Assembly (NCBI GenBank): GCA_951406725.2
Contig: OX597824.1
Span: 29,016,001-29,080,000, forward strand
DNA length: 64,000 bases
Direction of reading: 5' to 3'
Source of the DNA: Octopus vulgaris
Taxonomy: Eukaryota
Numbering within the stretch: position 1 is the first letter of the stretch; each line of letters starts with the position of its first letter. Shown here in pieces: positions 56,610-64,000 of this stretch. The notes under the pieces were generated by a model. That model was not told the DNA's origin. It saw only the letters and a list, made by a program, of their open reading frames with translations, and ran no database searches. The translations under genes were made by a program, and so were the position numbers.

Positions 56610-56610
<1 letters not shown>
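55395..56610 (-). mobile_element. Young 5'-truncated Dong/R4-type REL LINE
   Basis: Intact frame plus 3' UTR, bounded by attattat and (ATT)n. Confidence 0.92.
55557..56609 (-). CDS. REL-type non-LTR retrotransposon ORF C-terminus (end of RT thumb, CCHC finger, PD..D restriction-like endonuclease); 350 open codons, 5'-truncated
   Basis: RAQGGRGL upstream of the listed ATG; KPLHGKY, WLRSSGLKAESEGFILAAQD, CRFCNDMIETVDHLISGC, RHD, KPDIAVKD...LIDMSIP...KLRKYKDL. Confidence 0.9.
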   Translation of the reverse strand, partial: RAQGGRGLIQFELAYKTTTIGLAKYLEITNDWMLKLVESHERRKKLQSIIKESKKFAIDLVQDTQTEQPEGSKATIVAKKVKIMATKKAHEQLADRWEEKPLHGKYVARSKQADVDQKQTHQWLRSSGLKAESEGFILAAQDKSLLTRNYQANVMKNGADPKCRFCNDMIETVDHLISGCKVLAPVEYKLRHDRAGQYLHWLISRHYNIKTADKWYNHHPEAVTEGENVTILWDFPVHTDRTIKANKPDIAVKDQDNKVCLLIDMSIPCDHNISAKEFDKLRKYKDLLIEIEKMWHPKAVTIPVIVGALGMIKKGTENYMRMIPGLPSLQELQKIVLTGTSHVLRRALSM

Positions 56611-56707
<97 letters not shown>

Positions 56708-57659
56708 ATTATTATTCTTTTGTAGTTGTTGATTAGGTACAGTTTATGAGATATTTTAAACCCATTCATCTCACCAGTGTTGCAGCGTCTGCAAAAACCC
56801 ATTGTCGCAATTATTTGTTCAAGACCTTGCATATAAAAGTAAACAGCTGAGAAAGTTTTCCGCACAATCCGACGGAGGAGCTTCTACGTGCTGGCTTAAC
56901 CTGCTAGAAATAACAACAAAAATATCCCTCAAATCCTACTTAAATAAATTCGGAAATGAAAAGGCATTATCATGCCCTGATGCAGTACCAGACAATGGCT
57001 CTCATGGCTTTTGATCTTAACTGATTGGAAGTGTAATCATGTAAATTGTTTTGTCTTGATATAAAAGAAGGGCTACAGCAAATATTCGGCTTCAATACCA
57101 CAGATTTACTTGTCAGCTTTTTGGCCTTAACCAGTTGACCATGTCCCTTAGTGGCTGACGATATGTGCATCTCTGACCACGAGCAGAAGTAGAGGGGGAG
57201 CATCATAGCTGTGTATTGAAAGGAATTTTTGAAAGTTTGGATAATTCACCTTTGGAAAAAGTCACATAGATAATGTTGTCATACATCCCCATAAAGAATG
57301 TATGGGTTAGCTGGATTGTCTTTATATCCTTGAGCAAGACACTTTATTTCACGCTGCTCCAGTAAACTCAGCTCGCAAAAACGAGTTGTACTTGTAATTC
57401 AAAGGGCTAGCTTTTCCACATTCTGTATCGAGTTGAATTTCCCTGTGAACTACGTTAACGGTACCTGCATCTGCGACGTGCTCAGTCACTTGCACATTAA
57501 TTTCAAGAGCTGGCTGTTTGGTTGATCGTATCTGCTGGGGCACTTGTCATCGTCAGTGGCGGAGAACCAGGCACAGCCAATGAGGACTAAAAAGGGACCA
57601 AATATCAACAGGAACAACAACAAAAACAGCAACAACAACAATTATGGCAACAACAACAA

Positions 57660-57737
<78 letters not shown>

Positions 57738-57772
57738 TCTTCTTCTTCTTATTATTATTATTATTATTCAAT

Positions 57773-58154
57773 CTTTTACTCTATTACTTGTTTCAGTCAT
57801 TTGACTGCGGCCATGCTGGAGCACCGCCTTTTTAGTCGAGCAAATCGACTCCAGGATTTATTCTTTGTAAGCCTAGTACTTTTTCTATCGGTATTTTTTG
57901 CAGAACCGCTAAGTTACGGGGACGTAAACACACCAAGTTGTCAAGCGATGTTGGTGGGAGAAACATAGACACACAAACATATACATATACATATATACAT
58001 ATATACAACGGGATTCTTTCAGTTTCCGCCTACCAAGTACACTCACAAGGTTTCGGTCGGCCCGAGGATATAGTAGAAGACACTTGCCCAAGGTGCCACG
58101 CATTGGAAATGAACCCGGAACTATGTGGTTGTTAAGGAAGCTACTAACCACACA
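57773..58154 (-). mobile_element. SINE-B near-full copy
   Basis: Reverse complement of family B. Confidence 0.85.
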
Positions 58155-59537
58155 TTATTAATACTTATTTCAAATTTCGACACAAGGTCAGTGAATGAGG
58201 GGACAAGTCGATTACATTGACGTCTGTGTTTAAACTGGAGTTTCTTGAAATTGATCCCGAAATGCTAAAGAGTAAAAGTCGACGTAAACAGTATTTTAGA
58301 AAGTAAAGAGTTAGGAAAACTACCGCTAAGCATTTTGTTCGCCGCTCTAACGTTACTGCGAGCGCGCCGATAAACTAGTATTTTGTCCAGTATATAGTGA
58401 ATGATTATATCAATGTCTGAACATTGTATGGAATTTAGTTAATTATTTAGAAATCTCTCATAAAAACAGATATTTGTCACACCATCTCCTTTCCTACCCA
58501 GTGAAGACCTCATTAAATATTAGTACAATGTTGCTGTGGGTCAGGTAATATTTTATAGGAAAAGTGTGGCAGACAAATAGTTTGGTTCGGTAGAATCATC
58601 AAATAACCAACGAGTAGTATAAGTGATGTCGCCAAATAGTCCAGTTTACCAATACTCAAAAGACTTTCATATTGGTACGGTAGGTTTTGCTGTGTCCATG
58701 CATGCATGCATATATACATGCATACATTGATACATACATACATTGATACATACATACATACATACATTCATACATACATACATTCATACATACATACATA
58801 CATTCATACATACATACATACATAAAAGCATATAAATTCATACGTGTGTATATACAAACATGCAAGCATAAATGCATACATACATACACACATGCGTATA
58901 CACATGTAAATATATCCATATATACATACAAACATGCATACATAAACACATACATATATACAAATACACATGCGTATATGCAAATAAATACATACATATA
59001 TACATACAAATATGCGTTAATGCAAATAAATACATACATATATACATACAAACATGAATACTTAAACACATATACATACATACAGACAAACACACAGACA
59101 GGCAGTCAGGCAGGCAGGCAGACAGACAGACATGTAGGTCTGATGATGCAAACAAGAAAAATAGAACTCTGAACATGAAAAATATATTCTTTTATTATCA
59201 ATAATCGGCAAAAGCCGGCGAGCTGGTAGAATCATTCACACGCTGAGCACAATGCCTGCCAGAATTGTGTCCATCTTTACCTTATAAGTTCAAATTCCCA
59301 TGGTATTGATTTTTTTCCTTTTATCCTGTCGAGGTTGATATTTTATTATGTACCACCTGAACACTTGGGTTGATGTAACAGCCAAATACCTCCCGGACTC
59401 TTTTATTTCTAATGAAATCTGTTTGTTGTAGAGAAGTGTATTTGAAATAACTATAGCTGGTTATTGAGATAACGTAGAAAATATGTAAATGAAAATAAAG
59501 TTTATTTGACATATGTAATTGATTTGATTGTTCTGGA

Positions 59538-59735
59538 AGGCGGCGAGCTAGCAGAATCGTTAGCATGCCGGGCAAATTACTTGAGCTGTATTCCGCCTGT
59601 TCAAATGCCGTCGCGGTCAACTTTGCTTTTCATTCTTTCGCGGTCGATAAATTAAGTACCAGTGATACACTGAGGTCGATGTAATTGACTGGTTCCCTCC
59701 CCCGAAATTTCAGGCCTTATGCCTATAGTAGAAAC
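59538..59735 (+). mobile_element. SINE-A (tail 2) with perfect 15-bp TSD
   Basis: atttgattgttctgg on both sides. Confidence 0.88.
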
Positions 59736-59787
59736 AATTTGATTGTTCTGGTATTAACATCAGTTAGTAAGAATGGAAGTCATAGAA

Positions 59788-60010
59788 GGCGGCGAGCTGG
59801 CAGAAACGTTAGCACGCCAGGCGAAATGCTTTTTCGTATATCCATACGTTCTGAGTTCAAATTCCGCCGAGGTCGACTTTGCCTTTCATCCTTTGGGGGT
59901 TGATAAATTAAGTACCAGTTACACACTGAGGTCGATGAAATCGACTGAATCCGTTTGTCTGTCCTTGTTTGTCTCTCTATGTTTAGCCCCTTGTGAGCAA
60001 TAAAGAAATA
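59788..60010 (+). mobile_element. SINE-A full copy (tail 1)
   Basis: ggcggcgagctggcagaaacg...tttagccccttgtgagcaataaagaaat, with a diverged taagaat..aagt.at flanking duplication. Confidence 0.9.
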
Positions 60011-61494
60011 AGAATAAAAGTTATTAGACGACACCCTTTTGTTTGTAATTGGCTATCCTGCTGCAGGTTCAATCCGAGGAATAATGAAATAATACCCATC
60101 TTGTCGATTCCACAGAATAAGATTATGCTGGAGAGCATCATAAGAGGGATGAGTCTGTGAAACACGTTTAGGGTTGTTATCTTGAACACGAATGAAAATA
60201 TCATGATTTCCAATGGGACCACCAACCATAAGGATGGCTACTTCATTAGATGTGGGCTCATTAAAACAGCGTAAAATGTTCTTTACTATAGTTTACTATA
60301 GACGTAACGAACGCAGAAACACACACACACACACTCACACTCATAGAATCGATAATACTGAAAACAGCAAAACGTACACACACGAATTTCAAGCGAAACG
60401 AAATATAGTCAATATAGGTGCAAAACATACTTTCTGTAGCATAGTTATGCTATAAAAAAACGGAAAGTCACCAATTTAGCAAAAGTTAATATGCATCACT
60501 AATGTAAGAAAGAACAGAAAATCAACATTTATTTGAAACATGGACTAAATGTTATAAAATTCACGATTGAATGAATGTGACGGTGAAGAAAGTGAAAGTT
60601 CAAGAAAATTCAGAAGGCATAATTCAGTTTTACATACAAAAATAATTTATTTTACAATTTTGAAACGAATGCTGGACAAAGTGAATAAAAAGGAAGATGC
60701 TGTTTTTGAACCTTGCAACATTATAGGCTGTAGAATAAATACTGAGTAACGCAGTAACAATGAAGAATACAAGGACTGTTAAAAAAAAACATATCAAGAA
60801 CTGTTAAAATAACATTTCTGTTATTATATTGAAAGACCTGCTGAGGCTTTCTACTTCGTTTAAGTTTCCGAATTTGCTATAATAACCTGAATAATATTTT
60901 TTTTCAGATATATTTACGAGTATTGTAAATGGTGTTAAATCAGATGTTAGGAGTACTTGAAAGTTAACGTTGTTGTTTGTTCGAAGTCCAAGCCGCAAGT
61001 AAACTTTCAATATCCGCGCGTTTCACAGTTGGGGGAGGAGAAGTTACCGACATAAACTAAGAGACACACGTACATAAACGCAAACGTGAAGCCTATCTCT
61101 GTCCCTGTGTGTATTTGTCTCTGTTTTTAGATGCGTGTGTGTGTGTCAGTCGTCACAAAAATGTATGTATACTGACATACACGGTCACACACATATACTT
61201 GTCAGTCATCGGCCTAACGTAAGTAACGAACGTGCGAATACGCGCAGATAAAAATGTGACGTCATCGTCATTGCGGTGGTGATATAAAATGTCGATAGGT
61301 GACTAAAAGAAAAATGATAATGTTAAATTTTTGTAATGCAAATATGTGAATGAAAATATAGTTTAGTTGATAGCTAAAAGCATACTGAATCATTTGATAC
61401 CCCATACGTCAAAAACGGCAACTCGGTTTTGGAATGCATAAGGAACATACGCGCGCACACACATACACACAAATATACACGCTCTCTGTTATAG

Positions 61495-61565
<71 letters not shown>

Positions 61566-62300
61566 GTGCTCTATACCCATCTACATACATATGTGTTTCT
61601 GTGTGTGTGTATGCATCTGTGAGCGTATATGTGTGTGTATCAATATGAGGCAGTACATACTCTTCACTATTTGTATATATATATATTTAAATATTTATAC
61701 TTGTGAATGAAGTTATACTTCCAGTCTTATGCTTTTGATTCTTTTTAATTTGTAAATCGATCTGAATATACATACATAAATACATATGTGTGTGTATGAG
61801 AGAGAGAGAAATAGACAGACGAACAGACAGACAGACAGATAGACAGATCGACAGTCCAAGTGTGTAAGTGGTGGGTGAGCATGTATATTCAAGAATGCAT
61901 TAGTGTGTCTATACGCCCTTACATATCCAAATATACATATTTGTCTACAAACGGATGGGTATACAAACGTATGTGTCCATGAATCTATGACTATTTTATA
62001 GACACAAATATATTTGTCACAAAACGTAGATATGCATAAAACATTTATATTAATATGTAAGCAAAGTGTAAATACAGAATTGATAACAACTAGTGAAGTG
62101 TAATTTAGAAATATATCTTAATATTCACAGGCACACATCTCATATGTATTTTATTATACGCAAAAAAGTAATTATACATATGTAAGATCTCATTTATATA
62201 CGAACATTCAGAACAAGTTTTTTTTCAGTGATCGTTTGATTTTTACCAACACCATGCTTTTTGCCCTTACTAGGCACAAACACGAACACAAACATACGTA

Positions 62301-62373
<73 letters not shown>

Positions 62374-62843
62374 CATATATACATATATATACGTATGTAC
62401 ATATATATATATATATTATACATTTGTATGAATATGTGTATAGATATTTATATATATATATACTTATACAAACATATATATATATACTTATACAAATACA
62501 TATCTATACATACACATATACATATATATATTAATATATATATATATATATATATATTTATACGAAGATATATAGGTATATATAGTACTATATATATAAG
62601 TAAATATATTTGTATATGCATGTTTGTATATATATATAGATATATATATATATATACATATATACATGTATTGATATATATACATCAATGTGTGTATATA
62701 TAAATATATTTATATGTATTTAGATATATGTTTGTATTTATGTATACATATATGTATATATGTATAAGTATGTGTATATGTCTGTATGGACGTAGTATGT
62801 ATGTATATATGCATGTATGTATGCATGCATGCATGTATGTATG

Positions 62844-62874
<31 letters not shown>

Positions 62875-63264
62875 GCAGGTACGTATGTATGTACATATCC
62901 GTGTACATATAACATTGAAAAAAGTGAGGACGTTTCACAAAAACAAAAAGCAAAGACAAAGTCTGTGGTCAGAGCAGGAATGATAAGGAAGGCGAGAGGA
63001 ATAACCACAAATGTTGGGTGGTGCCTGCATTGTGTCGAGGGGATGGCAAAGGTAAATAATATATGCACAGAATGCGGTGGATCTTGGTGTGGTAGGGAAG
63101 GGATCGGTTGAGTTTTGTAAATATCTATGGAAGACTATCTGGACAAATTGACGATCAAGAGGACAACTGGGACATAACCAGATTTGAATTGAAAATATCA
63201 CTGATAAAAAATATATATATCTGCAACAAACAAACAGCAATATATATATCAGGAATAAAAAATG

Positions 63265-64000
<736 letters not shown>

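Larger units (their letters stand above)
59490..60274 (-). pseudogene. Helitron RepHel fragment (region upstream of the Rep motifs), interrupted by two SINE-A insertions
   Basis: Manual translation of 60274-60008: RCFNEPTSNEVAILMVGGPIGNHDIFIRVQDNNPKRVSQTHPSYDALQHNLILWNRQDGYY...KRVSSNNFYSY, resembling the RepHel RxxNxPTxxEVA...HxSYDALQYPL...DG...VS...FY block. Confidence 0.82.

Noticed and set aside
56870-57260. Segment that looks like an interspersed repeat or LINE tail
   Set aside because: Only one copy in the window and no diagnostic motif; cannot be classified without a search.
58700-59095. Higher-order 16-bp and ~36-42-bp periodicity in (CATA)n
   Set aside because: Ordinary slippage-derived minisatellite evolution.
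62925-63240. Possible hammerhead relic (minus-strand ctgacc...gtgaaacgtc)
   Set aside because: Core incomplete and no stem I, so too weak to call.

Overview
Gene-poor, extremely repeat-rich eukaryotic DNA with one 100-N gap. The SINE families, (TAA)n-bound REL LINEs and dense compound microsatellites suggest an octopus-like cephalopod genome (inference). No host protein-coding gene is recognisable; nearly all ORF-track entries are microsatellite translations. The window holds: several tRNA-derived SINE families; five Dong/R4-type LINE pieces, each bounded by (TAA)n; the 3' end of a Tx1/L1-type LINE; three internally deleted mariner elements; Helitron relics; and Penelope/retrozyme-like repeats with type I hammerhead ribozymes (two intact tandem copies at 6.5-7.15 kb). 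The most interesting system is a TSD-flanked, apparently full-length 2-kb retroelement at 43702-45722 that encodes only an ORF1-like zinc-knuckle protein (HAL1-like). It shares a covarying 3' stem-loop with the Tx1-type LINE and with both tail types of the most abundant SINE, which suggests a LINE/half-LINE/SINE trans-mobilisation network. All alignments and structures were read by eye; no searches were run.
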